A stretch of 64,000 nt of DNA, taken from contig CAZSTC010000002.1 of the NCBI GenBank assembly GCA_964609795.1, positions 29,849 through 93,848 on the forward strand, written 5' to 3'. This document shows, one piece after another, positions 55,551-64,000 of this stretch. The position numbers were made by a program, and so were the translations under genes. Source of the stretch: an uncultured Verrucomicrobiota bacterium (GTDB lineage: Bacteria; Verrucomicrobiota; Verrucomicrobiia; Limisphaerales; UBA1412). The notes under the pieces were generated by a model that did not search any database, had not been told where the DNA came from, and saw nothing but the letters and a program-made list of their open reading frames with translations. Position 1 is the stretch's first letter. The number at the start of each line of letters is the position of its first letter.

Positions 55551-58247
55551 TCAATCTTTCTTCATGGATGACTTCCTATCCAGATATTCCTTGAGGTATT
55601 TACCGGTCCAGGTCTTTGTTTGAGCAACCTCCTCTGGAGTACCTTCTGCAACAATGTGGCCACCATGTTCTCCGCCTTCAGGGCCTAAATCAATCACCCA
55701 ATCAGCTTCAGCAATCAAATCGTAATTGTGTTCTATGACCAAAACAGTATTGCCCGCATCCACCAATTGCTGCAATACAGTGACCAATTTTTTCACGTCG
55801 CTGGCATGAAGTCCAATAGTAGGCTCCTCCAAAATAAAGAAGCTGCTTCTAGATTCAGCTCTCCTCAGCTGCTGCGCTTTGGATTCTAACCCACCCAAAA
55901 GATGTGTCACCAGTTTCATGCGTTGAGCCTCTCCCCCGCTCAGCGTCGGACTGCTCTGACCAAGTTTAATATAATCCAGACCTGTATTTGAAAGAGCGTT
56001 GAGAGATTTCAAAATACGCGGGTGATTTTTAAAAAAGATCAAGGCCTCCTCTACGGACATATTCAAAACCTCGTCGATATTCTTCCCTTGATAGCGCACA
56101 TCCAACATTTCCGGATTAAACCGACGCCCTCCGCAGTCATTGCAGGTTATATAAGCCGGCGGCATAAAATTCATGGATATTTTGATCAACCCGGCTCCTT
56201 CACATGCAGGGCATCTGCCCAATTTGCTGTTAAAAGAAAAACGACCTGCCTGATAGCCCTGGGTACGTGCATCAGGGGTTTGTGCGAAAATTTTCCGGAT
56301 CAAATCAAAAAAACTTATGTAAGTCGCCGGCACACTCCGGGGCGTCCTGCCTATCGGAGATTGATCTACCTCATAGATCGCTTGAATCGTTTGATCACCC
56401 TCTATAGAGTTTTCTTTTCTCCCTCGAGAAGATGACTTTGTTTTACGTTCTGCTATTCTCTGCTTTAAAGCCGGATATAAGCAGCCTCGGGTTAAGGAAC
56501 TCTTTCCGGAACCACTCACACCCGTAACCACAACAAACCGATTTAACGGAAATTTTACAGTCAGATTTTTCAGATTATGAAGCGATGCGTTTTTCAGGAT
56601 CAACCAGGAATTCGGTTTAATTTCAACACCAGACGCTGTTAAAGATTCTGATTGGTATTCCCGAATCACCGGCCGTCTTTCTCCACGGGAAGGAAACGAG
56701 CATTTGTGGTCTGAAATAAATTGAGCCGTCTCAGAGCCTTTACACCGTAGCAGCTCGCGAACAGTGCCGTGAAAAACAATTTTTCCACCCCGCACTCCGG
56801 CTCCGGGCCCCATATCCACCAGGTAGTCAGCTTCGCGTATCGTATCTTCATCGTGCTCTACAACCACCAACGTATTACCTTGAGTGCGCAACTTTTTAAG
56901 GCTGGAAATTAAGAGTGCGTTATCACGGGCATGAAGACCAATCGTCGGCTCATCCAGCACATAAAGGACACCACTCAGTGTAGAGCCCAATTGAGCTGCC
57001 AACCGAATGCGCTGGGCCTCTCCGCCGCTTAAAGTAGGTATCCCACGGTCCAGACAAAGGTAATCCAAACCCACTTTATTTAGAAACGAAAGCCGACTTT
57101 TCACTTCAGGGAAAATATCCCGTACTATGTTAAGGGAAAATTCATCCTTGACCTTTATTTTTGAAAATAAATCCAGTGCCTCTGCTGCATTCATGGCAAC
57201 CAAATCTACTAAAGAGGGACCTCGGTCACTCGCGTTAAACCACTCACCGGGCAGTCGAACCTTCCGTGACATTGCCTTTAACCTTGAGCCGTTGCACACC
57301 TGGCATACTTCTCTTTCTTCCTCCATCCAGCTAAACCAGGATTCTTCTATATCTTCAGCTCTGGCGCCTCGTTTCACATCCGGCAAATAGAACGTTTCCC
57401 CGAAACCACGACATCTTGGACACCATCCACGCGGGCTATTGAAACTGAAATCGTATGGGTCTAATTGAGGATAGGAGCGCGCACACTGAGGGCAGGAGCG
57501 ATGGGCTGAATATATTTTTTCCTCTCCCCCTGAAGTAAAAATAGAGAAAACACCTTTCCCAACATTTAAAGCCACGTTGAGATTCTCCTCTAACTGAGCA
57601 GAAGCAGGAAGTTTTGAAAAAATCACGACGTCTATATCATGGGCGTTATAGCGGCTTAGCTTGGGAACGGGATTCAGAAAGTGATACTCGCCATCCACCC
57701 TCACCTGCTTGAAACCTTGCTTTTCTATTTTTTGTAAGAGTTCAGTATGCGTGCCCTTACGTCCCCTCACAATTGGAGCCAAACAAAGAACTTTCTTGTT
57801 CCTGATTTTGGTCAAATCATCCTGAGCCACCTCAATCACACTCGCACGAGTTCCCCCTGTAATCGGAACATCGCAATCTTCGCAATACTGAACGCCAAGG
57901 CGGGAATAGAGGAGTCGGAAAAAATGGTAGACTTCGGTGAGTGTGCCGACCGTACTTTTTCCGCCACCTCGCGTGGATCGTTGTTCAATGCTAACCGAGG
58001 GTGGTATTCCCTCAATGAAGTCTAAGTCGGCTCGCGGCAGCTGCTGAACAAACTGCCGGGCGTAGGCATTCATGGAATCCAGAAAACGGCGCTGCCCTTC
58101 TGAAAAAAGCACATTAAACGCCAGCGTGCTTTTACCTGAACCACTAACGCCCGTAACTACTATAAACTTCCCGTGAGGAAGCTCCAGAGACAGGTTCTGT
58201 AAATTGTGCTCACGAACACCCTCGAGCCTAATGACTTTCTTCGCCAT
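55551..58247 (-). CDS. uvrA: Excinuclease ABC subunit A (UvrA family), somewhat atypical length distribution
   Basis: Two ABC modules (GVSGSGKST at ~33-41 and GVSGSGKSS at ~576-584), two LSGGEAQR signatures, zinc modules CPQC...CPRC and CPAC...CNDC, and a UvrB-binding-like segment LAPIVRGRKGTHTELLQKIEKQGFKQVRVDGE. Confidence 0.88.
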   Translation of the reverse strand: MAKKVIRLEGVREHNLQNLSLELPHGKFIVVTGVSGSGKSTLAFNVLFSEGQRRFLDSMNAYARQFVQQLPRADLDFIEGIPPSVSIEQRSTRGGGKSTVGTLTEVYHFFRLLYSRLGVQYCEDCDVPITGGTRASVIEVAQDDLTKIRNKKVLCLAPIVRGRKGTHTELLQKIEKQGFKQVRVDGEYHFLNPVPKLSRYNAHDIDVVIFSKLPASAQLEENLNVALNVGKGVFSIFTSGGEEKIYSAHRSCPQCARSYPQLDPYDFSFNSPRGWCPRCRGFGETFYLPDVKRGARAEDIEESWFSWMEEEREVCQVCNGSRLKAMSRKVRLPGEWFNASDRGPSLVDLVAMNAAEALDLFSKIKVKDEFSLNIVRDIFPEVKSRLSFLNKVGLDYLCLDRGIPTLSGGEAQRIRLAAQLGSTLSGVLYVLDEPTIGLHARDNALLISSLKKLRTQGNTLVVVEHDEDTIREADYLVDMGPGAGVRGGKIVFHGTVRELLRCKGSETAQFISDHKCSFPSRGERRPVIREYQSESLTASGVEIKPNSWLILKNASLHNLKNLTVKFPLNRFVVVTGVSGSGKSSLTRGCLYPALKQRIAERKTKSSSRGRKENSIEGDQTIQAIYEVDQSPIGRTPRSVPATYISFFDLIRKIFAQTPDARTQGYQAGRFSFNSKLGRCPACEGAGLIKISMNFMPPAYITCNDCGGRRFNPEMLDVRYQGKNIDEVLNMSVEEALIFFKNHPRILKSLNALSNTGLDYIKLGQSSPTLSGGEAQRMKLVTHLLGGLESKAQQLRRAESRSSFFILEEPTIGLHASDVKKLVTVLQQLVDAGNTVLVIEHNYDLIAEADWVIDLGPEGGEHGGHIVAEGTPEEVAQTKTWTGKYLKEYLDRKSSMKKD

Positions 58248-61200
58248 TAACGTTTTTCCTGAATCAAAAACAAAGCCCCTTCGCCCGGAGCCAGCGTATG
58301 CGTTACAATTGAAGAGAACTTACTGCCTGTTTGTAGCCCTGGAATTTCGGGCATCCCGATAAGTGAGCGCTCCGGATCCAGTCCCAGCCGTTTCATATCT
58401 TTTGAGCCCAACGTCAAACTCCAATTGAGACTTCCCCAATGAACTACGACAATCAGCGCTTGAGAACCCTTTTTATAGACAGAGGCCAGAATATCTTTAT
58501 CCTCTATTTCCAAAGGGAAAGGACTCTCCCAATAGCCTGTGAAAGTGCTTTCCTCCAGACCGAACGAGTCGCAAAACTTCCAAAGATTCTCTAATCCCTT
58601 ATCCTCTTTACGCATCTGAGGCAGCGTTCCATAAAGGAGCGACTTGAAGGGCATGTCAGTATAGAAACTTGCATTCACTCCAAAAGGCACACCGCTCAAC
58701 TCCACAAGATAGTAATCAGGACCGGCTCCATAGGAAAAACCGTCCGCGAAAACAATCGAATCCAATAAGGGTAAACTTTCCAGGTATTGCCCCATGGGAT
58801 TAATCATCCCATTTTCAGGTCGAAAATTATTCCCGGTAATTGTATCCAAAAAACCATTCGGGCAAATCTCATCAAGCAAAGAACGCAGCCGCTTCGTTAT
58901 TCGACGATCGGTCAAGTCTGTCCGTATTCCATCAACTTGAAGATGGTCTGACAAATTGCGGACGGTTTCCAAATAAAAATTCTGCCAACGACTCAATGGG
59001 TTAATCCCCAAAGTTACAATCTCCTCTCCTTCAGCGTTCATCGAACGCCAGGAAGCACTATAGCCTTCTCCCAAATGTTCACAAAGCCAGGGATTGCCGA
59101 TGAAAGGAATCGGCACTCGCGCATAACCAAATCCATGCTCCTTCTGCACTCCCTTCAATCCGATTCCATAGGTGAAAATCTCATTATCCAGAGACCACAG
59201 GGGCCAAAACTCGTTGATTTGATAAGGGATTTCACGAGTCCCAATCACAAACTGAGCTTTCTTTCCGGCACCGTGGAGCTTTTCCATCACTTCCTTGAGA
59301 GACTCTTCCGATGCGAATGGATAATTCAAATAAGGATTTAATTTCTCATCATACCCCACCACAACACGGTCAGCATCTTCACCCCCGTTTGGATCATTCA
59401 GAAACTTCCCAATTCCGGCGGCGTATACTTTCTGAGAGGATATTTTCATATCCGGTTTTCCGAAAGGTGTCAGCATCATATTCAGACGAAACACCCGATC
59501 TTCCCCGGCAGTCAACAGCATCTTCCCGGTATGAACTTCTAAGCTTAAATGGTCTGCCAGAGGCCGCAGTTCAACTTTCCCCTCCCCTCCATCTCCACAC
59601 CAATCCCGATAAGGTTCAGGCATAAAGTAAATATCCTGTCTTTCCCCTATATCTAGCAGTTTGCAATAGAGGCCCTGAGAAACATCCCCTATCCAAAAGA
59701 ACGAATTTGCATTTTTTCCCCATTTCCAATCCAGGTAGTCAGGGCGTTTACCACCTCTGCAACCCATTCCCATAAAATAAGGAACGGACTCCTCACGGAA
59801 GCGAAAAGAAAGCTGCACGTCTTCCAAGTCAAAATCCCTTTTCGACGAAAGCTCAAAACGCATGGCCATCATTCCATCCGCCTCCAACTCGGCATAAGAA
59901 TGCAAAACGATCCCTTTTGCATAACTGATCGACTCCCAATTCATGAGACAATTATTATCCTGATTGTACAACACGGGGAGATTCGTCCATTGCAGCCAGT
60001 CTCCATCTTTCAACTTCACACCGAACTCCATGGGTGAGGCGAAAAGCACATCACTTACCTGGGCCGGCAGGCCATTTGAAGCAACCACTAAACTATGATT
60101 GTTGACCTGTAATACATTACCTTCCGTTGTAATTTCCGGATATTTTTCTAACGGGTTCCCGTTCAATCCCGCCTCAGAATTGAGCCAGATCAACCGCTCC
60201 AAGGAAGCATTTGCGAGCTCTTCCCCTGAATCGTTACGCTTTTCCGTGACCTCCAGAATAAAGGGCAACGGAGTATGCCGAAGATTATCGGCGCTGAAAA
60301 TAAGTTCACCCTTATATGTTCCGGTTTGAGTGTCTTCGGGGATACGAACCGAAAACCAGAGAGGAATCACTTCTGACTTCTTTAATAAAACATCCTTAAT
60401 AAGCGGATTGCCCTGGAAATCAATTCCTCCAAAGTTAAAACAATGAGGTGCCAAATCTCGAATCAGCCGCCCCAGGGAGTCCTGCAACCCGATACATCCC
60501 ATTTGCAGATGAATCAAATCCTTTTTTGTAGCGAGCGCACCGAGCTGAAAAAACAAAAGTTCTCCCGCTGTTCCAGACACTCGACACTCAGCCTGCGGTC
60601 CCGAATGAACCCAATGCACAGGCATTTTATCGCCCTTCCTGATGGGGCTTGAAACGGGCTCTTGAAAGAAAACGATGCTCCGTTCTTCGTGACTGGAGAG
60701 AAAACTCTCCTTCTCTTCAACAGTCGCCGGGATTTCCATTTCGCAAAAGCTGTTGGACTTACCATTGGATTCCAGGCGAAGAGTTGCAGCACGGATCACA
60801 TTTTTGGGAATATCACCTCTTAAAACCTCCAGAGCGATTGATTCCACTTTTGCGAGCCATAAGGGAGAAGATTGCTCTGTTTCAAAATATTCGGGAAAGG
60901 GATTCCATTCTCTTTTTACCTCCCTATAGGGCATGTAGTAGACGTAATACTCTCCGGGCTCTTTTGCTTCAAAAAAGACATCCCCATACTCAGGAGAAAC
61001 GGTGGGCGCAAAAACATTCTCTACTGGAGCCCCATTTTTGGAAAAAGTTACGACAATCCCCTTATATTCAGGCATCGGATCAATCCGCCTCCACGCAATG
61101 CGAGCCCAGATGACCTCAGCGGCCTCTTCAGCCTTTACAACGGCACGATAATTTCCTAGTCCCTCCGGATTCCATTCCTCCAGATAGCGCGAAATAACAG

Positions 61201-61321
61201 GCAAAACTTCAGCCTTTTGTGTCCCATCCAGGGCAACGACTCCTTCAGCACCAAAACTTAACACCCAAAAAAGGAGAAGAGCCGCGCTCCCCTTAGTCAA
61301 CCGCCACTTCACCTTCTTCAT
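58247..61321 (-). CDS. Large secreted protein of unknown function (about 1024 aa); possible glycoside-hydrolase-like protein
   Basis: Uninterrupted 3.1-kb ORF. ATG 61321 gives MKKVKWRLTKGSAALLLFWVLSFGAEG, a signal peptide (the track starts at TTG 61339). Its stop overlaps the uvrA ATG as TAATG. No family recognised by eye. Confidence 0.85.
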   Translation of the reverse strand: MKKVKWRLTKGSAALLLFWVLSFGAEGVVALDGTQKAEVLPVISRYLEEWNPEGLGNYRAVVKAEEAAEVIWARIAWRRIDPMPEYKGIVVTFSKNGAPVENVFAPTVSPEYGDVFFEAKEPGEYYVYYMPYREVKREWNPFPEYFETEQSSPLWLAKVESIALEVLRGDIPKNVIRAATLRLESNGKSNSFCEMEIPATVEEKESFLSSHEERSIVFFQEPVSSPIRKGDKMPVHWVHSGPQAECRVSGTAGELLFFQLGALATKKDLIHLQMGCIGLQDSLGRLIRDLAPHCFNFGGIDFQGNPLIKDVLLKKSEVIPLWFSVRIPEDTQTGTYKGELIFSADNLRHTPLPFILEVTEKRNDSGEELANASLERLIWLNSEAGLNGNPLEKYPEITTEGNVLQVNNHSLVVASNGLPAQVSDVLFASPMEFGVKLKDGDWLQWTNLPVLYNQDNNCLMNWESISYAKGIVLHSYAELEADGMMAMRFELSSKRDFDLEDVQLSFRFREESVPYFMGMGCRGGKRPDYLDWKWGKNANSFFWIGDVSQGLYCKLLDIGERQDIYFMPEPYRDWCGDGGEGKVELRPLADHLSLEVHTGKMLLTAGEDRVFRLNMMLTPFGKPDMKISSQKVYAAGIGKFLNDPNGGEDADRVVVGYDEKLNPYLNYPFASEESLKEVMEKLHGAGKKAQFVIGTREIPYQINEFWPLWSLDNEIFTYGIGLKGVQKEHGFGYARVPIPFIGNPWLCEHLGEGYSASWRSMNAEGEEIVTLGINPLSRWQNFYLETVRNLSDHLQVDGIRTDLTDRRITKRLRSLLDEICPNGFLDTITGNNFRPENGMINPMGQYLESLPLLDSIVFADGFSYGAGPDYYLVELSGVPFGVNASFYTDMPFKSLLYGTLPQMRKEDKGLENLWKFCDSFGLEESTFTGYWESPFPLEIEDKDILASVYKKGSQALIVVVHWGSLNWSLTLGSKDMKRLGLDPERSLIGMPEIPGLQTGSKFSSIVTHTLAPGEGALFLIQEKR

Positions 61322-61913
61322 CGTTATTCCTTCCCTCAACGGATATCTTAAAAAATCTCATCACGTTATCCCCATGGCGTAATTTCTTCATCTCTTCCCA
61401 GGGAGACTCCACAGTTAAAGTCTCCCGGCAAGGATGTCCTAAAACAAAAAGCCCCTCCGTTCTCAAAAGCCTCTTTAGTGAGGATATATCCAGTAATTTT
61501 TGGGCAAATGAATTTGAACGAATTCCTATATTTTTCTCTCCATAGGGTGGGTCTGCCAAAATCAGATCAAATGTCTCCCCCAAACTTGCTAATTGTTCTA
61601 AAGCTGTATAAGCATCCTGAACCCTGAGCGATAACGATTGGCGATCAAAGCCACAGACATCCCAATTAGACCGCAAAATATCGGCATGATAACGACTTTT
61701 CTCGACACAAACTGAACCCAAAGCGCCTCGGCTCATACACTCCAGGCTCAAAGCGCCACTCCCGGCAAAAAGCTCTAATACGCGAGCCCCGCATACAATT
61801 CCACCCAAGCTATTGAACATCGCCTGTCGCATCATGTCCGGCGTAGGCCTGACCGCAAATCCCTTTGGTACCTTGATAATTCTGCCACGAGCCTCACCAC
61901 CGGTAATCCTCAT
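61293..61913 (-). CDS. rsmD: 16S rRNA (guanine966-N2)-methyltransferase RsmD
   Basis: MRITGGEARGR N-terminus, SAM motif LELFAGSGALSLE, and the ILADPPYG (DPPY) motif. Confidence 0.9.
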   Translation of the reverse strand: MRITGGEARGRIIKVPKGFAVRPTPDMMRQAMFNSLGGIVCGARVLELFAGSGALSLECMSRGALGSVCVEKSRYHADILRSNWDVCGFDRQSLSLRVQDAYTALEQLASLGETFDLILADPPYGEKNIGIRSNSFAQKLLDISSLKRLLRTEGLFVLGHPCRETLTVESPWEEMKKLRHGDNVMRFFKISVEGRNNDEEGEVAVD

Positions 61914-61943
61914 TTTATGCTTTTCTCCTTAATATAATCCTTT

Positions 61944-63398
61944 TTACAACTCTCGAATTAAATCTTCCGCGGTCCACCCGGCTCCCAACGAACTCTCACC
62001 TTCTTGAAACCCTTGCCTCATTTTTTCATCCAGTTTTTCAGCGGCCAGACCATGTCTGTAAACAGCATAGGCAACTTTTCTTAAGAAAGCATCCTCACCA
62101 TGAGTAGGATGAGCCAGCAAGCCTCCTAAAAAACCAGCCAGCACATCACCGGTTCCTCCCTGAGCCAAAGAGGGTGTTCCTGTGGGATTCAACATCACTT
62201 TGCCCGACGCCCGGCCGATTAAAGTTTGGTACCCCTTTAAAACCACTGTGGCCCCACCATACTGTTGCGAAAGTTTCCGTAAAGCCCCCAATCGATCCCG
62301 CTGCACCCGCTCAGTCGATATCTGTAAACACCGGGCAGCTTCGCCCGGATGAGGAGTGATGACTCTCACGCCTTTAGCCTCACTTTGAGGCAAGCGATCC
62401 AGTACAGAGGCATCAGCAATCATTGGCTGAGCCGCATTTTTCCACAACGAACCAACCCACTCCCAAAACGCTTCTGGAATGCGGTCTGAAGCCAAACCCG
62501 GCCCAACCAAAATAGCCGTGACGTTTTCCGGGACTTTCCAGCCTTGGCACCAGGGATGCACCATCTGCACCTGCAGCTGAGAGGCTACGGGGATATAGAC
62601 TTCAGGCTGAGTGCAAACACTGATAAGCCCCGGCCCTCCGGAACAGGCTGCTTTTGCTACCAACACCGCAGCACCATGATAGCCCAGACTCCCTGCTACA
62701 ATTAAAAGGTGCCCATAATTGCCCTTGTGTGAATCCAGCGCCCTGGGAGAAAACAGTTTTTTAAAATCCGAGCCCTCCTGCCAGTAGATATCTGATTCTT
62801 CAGAGCATTTTGCCAAGCCGATCGGAGCCAGTACTCGTATTTCACCCGTGTAGTATGCCGCATCACATGAAACCAGGCTTTTTTTGGGAGCTCCCAGAGT
62901 CAACGTACAAACCGACCTGATAGCCTCCGGGAAAGGCTTGCCTTCCGCATTCAATCCGGAAGGAGTATCTACTGAGATAACAGGCAGCCGAAGCGTGTTT
63001 ACCAGCCTGATCAACTCCAACCAATCTCCCTCCACCGGACGGCTCAGGCCTATACCAAAAAGTCCATCCACGATTAATTGCGGGGTACTGACCGGAGACG
63101 CTGGAGACGAGAAAATACTCCTTAATTGCCGGAGCCCTTCATCCGGTCTTTTAATTTCTAGCACCTGGACTGCAGCAAAATCAGAAAGACACTCCGCTGC
63201 AACTCGTGCATCATCCCCGTTGTGTCCCGGCCCAGCCAGAACCAAAATTCTTTCTATTCCAACTCGCTGAATCCACTTTAAAACAGACTTACCTACTGCA
63301 ACTCCCGCTTGATAGATAACCTCCTCCTGGCGAATCCCCTGCTTCCAGGAAAGCTCTTCCCATCGCCTCATCTGATCAAACGAAAGAATCGGATACAT
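61944..63398 (-). CDS. nnr: Bifunctional NAD(P)H-hydrate repair enzyme Nnr (epimerase + ADP-dependent dehydratase)
   Basis: N-terminal YjeF_N motif LAGPGHNGDDARV and C-terminal carbohydrate-kinase motif LAQGGTGDVLAG; 484 aa. Confidence 0.9.
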   Translation of the reverse strand: MYPILSFDQMRRWEELSWKQGIRQEEVIYQAGVAVGKSVLKWIQRVGIERILVLAGPGHNGDDARVAAECLSDFAAVQVLEIKRPDEGLRQLRSIFSSPASPVSTPQLIVDGLFGIGLSRPVEGDWLELIRLVNTLRLPVISVDTPSGLNAEGKPFPEAIRSVCTLTLGAPKKSLVSCDAAYYTGEIRVLAPIGLAKCSEESDIYWQEGSDFKKLFSPRALDSHKGNYGHLLIVAGSLGYHGAAVLVAKAACSGGPGLISVCTQPEVYIPVASQLQVQMVHPWCQGWKVPENVTAILVGPGLASDRIPEAFWEWVGSLWKNAAQPMIADASVLDRLPQSEAKGVRVITPHPGEAARCLQISTERVQRDRLGALRKLSQQYGGATVVLKGYQTLIGRASGKVMLNPTGTPSLAQGGTGDVLAGFLGGLLAHPTHGEDAFLRKVAYAVYRHGLAAEKLDEKMRQGFQEGESSLGAGWTAEDLIREL

Positions 63399-63401
63399 TC
63401 T

Positions 63402-64000
63402 TTAATCCCTTTTCATCCGCTTGTGAGCCTTTTCAAGAATCTCACGCTCTTCAGCTGTTAAGCTCTGAATCCCTTGCCGGGTAATTTTGTCTAGGATTGG
63501 ATCCACTTTTTTTTCAATGAAGTCATTCTCTTCAGCTACATCCACCACAGTAACAGCTCTGCTTTCTTCAGGGCGAAGCTTAGTTTCTACCGGTGCTGAA
63601 CCACCATATATTTTGAAATTCTGAATAGGGGACGAAAACCATTTCGAATTATTATTCCCTCGCGGCCCTGTATTGTGCGGGCGGCGCCAACCCAACAAGT
63701 GATGGGACCTTAAATAGAGAATTCCGCAAATCATTCCGCCCAAGTGAGCCGAATGGGCGATATGGTCGCCCGGGAAAATCATCCCGTAGAGAGCCATTGC
63801 GCCGGCTAGATAGATCAAGGTTTTAGCCTGCATACTTATGGGAATAACAAAGAACAGAAGCAACGTTAACCGCTGATAAGGATAAAGGGCCGCGTATGCA
63901 CCGACCACACCAAAAACGCCGGCAGAGGCACCCACAACCGCAACGGATCCGAAGTGTTCCGGAGCAATCCAGCTGCACCCTATTTGAAGCAAACCGCCGC
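63402..64000 (-). CDS. Rhomboid-family intramembrane serine protease, 3' part (the N-terminus lies beyond the window edge)
   Basis: Catalytic GASAGVFGVVGAY (GxSxG) and HSAHLGGMICG (His) motifs, followed by a ~100-aa hydrophilic C-terminal tail. The reading frame is still open at base 64000. Confidence 0.8.
   Translation of the reverse strand, partial: GGLLQIGCSWIAPEHFGSVAVVGASAGVFGVVGAYAALYPYQRLTLLLFFVIPISMQAKTLIYLAGAMALYGMIFPGDHIAHSAHLGGMICGILYLRSHHLLGWRRPHNTGPRGNNNSKWFSSPIQNFKIYGGSAPVETKLRPEESRAVTVVDVAEENDFIEKKVDPILDKITRQGIQSLTAEEREILEKAHKRMKRD

Noticed and set aside
55551-58247. Class II UvrA (UvrA2/DrrC-like) lacking the UvrB-binding domain.
   Set aside because: A segment closely resembling the UvrB-binding domain (LAPIVRGRKGTHTELLQKIEKQGFKQVRVDGE) is present. 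The shortening appears to lie elsewhere; see the UvrA finding.
1-64000. A search by eye for CRISPR arrays, tandem or interspersed DNA repeats, IS elements, integrases, reverse transcriptases, toxin-antitoxin pairs and rRNA genes.
   Set aside because: None was found. Every ORF of 100 codons or more is accounted for by housekeeping, transport or glycan-related genes, and the intergenic regions contain only isolated hairpins. A computational repeat search could still reveal dispersed short repeats that I cannot see.

Overview
This is a gene-dense, mostly housekeeping chromosomal window of about 47 protein genes and one tRNA. I found no rRNA, CRISPR array, transposase, integrase or other recognisable mobile element. 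Hand counts on a few 60-nt lines gave roughly 45-50% G+C in core genes.

The gene content fits a Gram-negative glycan degrader of the PVC group (Verrucomicrobiota or relatives), but taxonomy cannot be established from this window. The supporting genes are several very large secreted orphan proteins, a lamin-tail-domain (LTD)/CotH/PA14 giant protein, a GH95 fucosidase, a membrane acetyltransferase like the human lysosomal enzyme HGSNAT, and an alginate-export-type porin.

Confidently recognised core genes:
- carB, accA, manA, acpS, folA, thrC, trmL, cmk, plsC, prmA, galE
- a dGTPase, uvrA, rsmD, nnr, a DinG-like helicase, comF and tRNA-Val(CAC)

Genes are packed into long co-directional strings with 0-4 nt junctions or overlaps:
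- 14297->6347 (minus strand)
- 33282->22623 (minus strand)
- >64000->55551 (minus strand)
- 18101->22336 (plus strand)
- 35071->38164 (plus strand)

I found no clear-cut novel system such as a defence island, retroelement or toxin-antitoxin pair. The most interesting items are protein-architecture and gene-context oddities:
- a roughly 7-TM membrane domain fused to a PstS-like binding domain, with an overlapping small upstream ORF and no ABC partner genes
- a 1773-aa LTD-CotH-LTD-PA14 secreted protein in a string with a CPBP protease, ComF and an Fe-S helicase
- an apgM-type 'phosphoglycerate mutase' 9 nt downstream of thrC, a candidate non-canonical homoserine kinase
- a PIG-L deacetylase paired with a sugar-kinase-like protein that carries a ~150-aa unknown N-terminal domain
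- a half-size TSUP membrane protein
- three large secreted orphans (1200, 1030 and 700 aa) that are candidate new carbohydrate-active enzymes, one of them translationally coupled to uvrA

All functional calls rest on motif recognition by eye. No database search was run.
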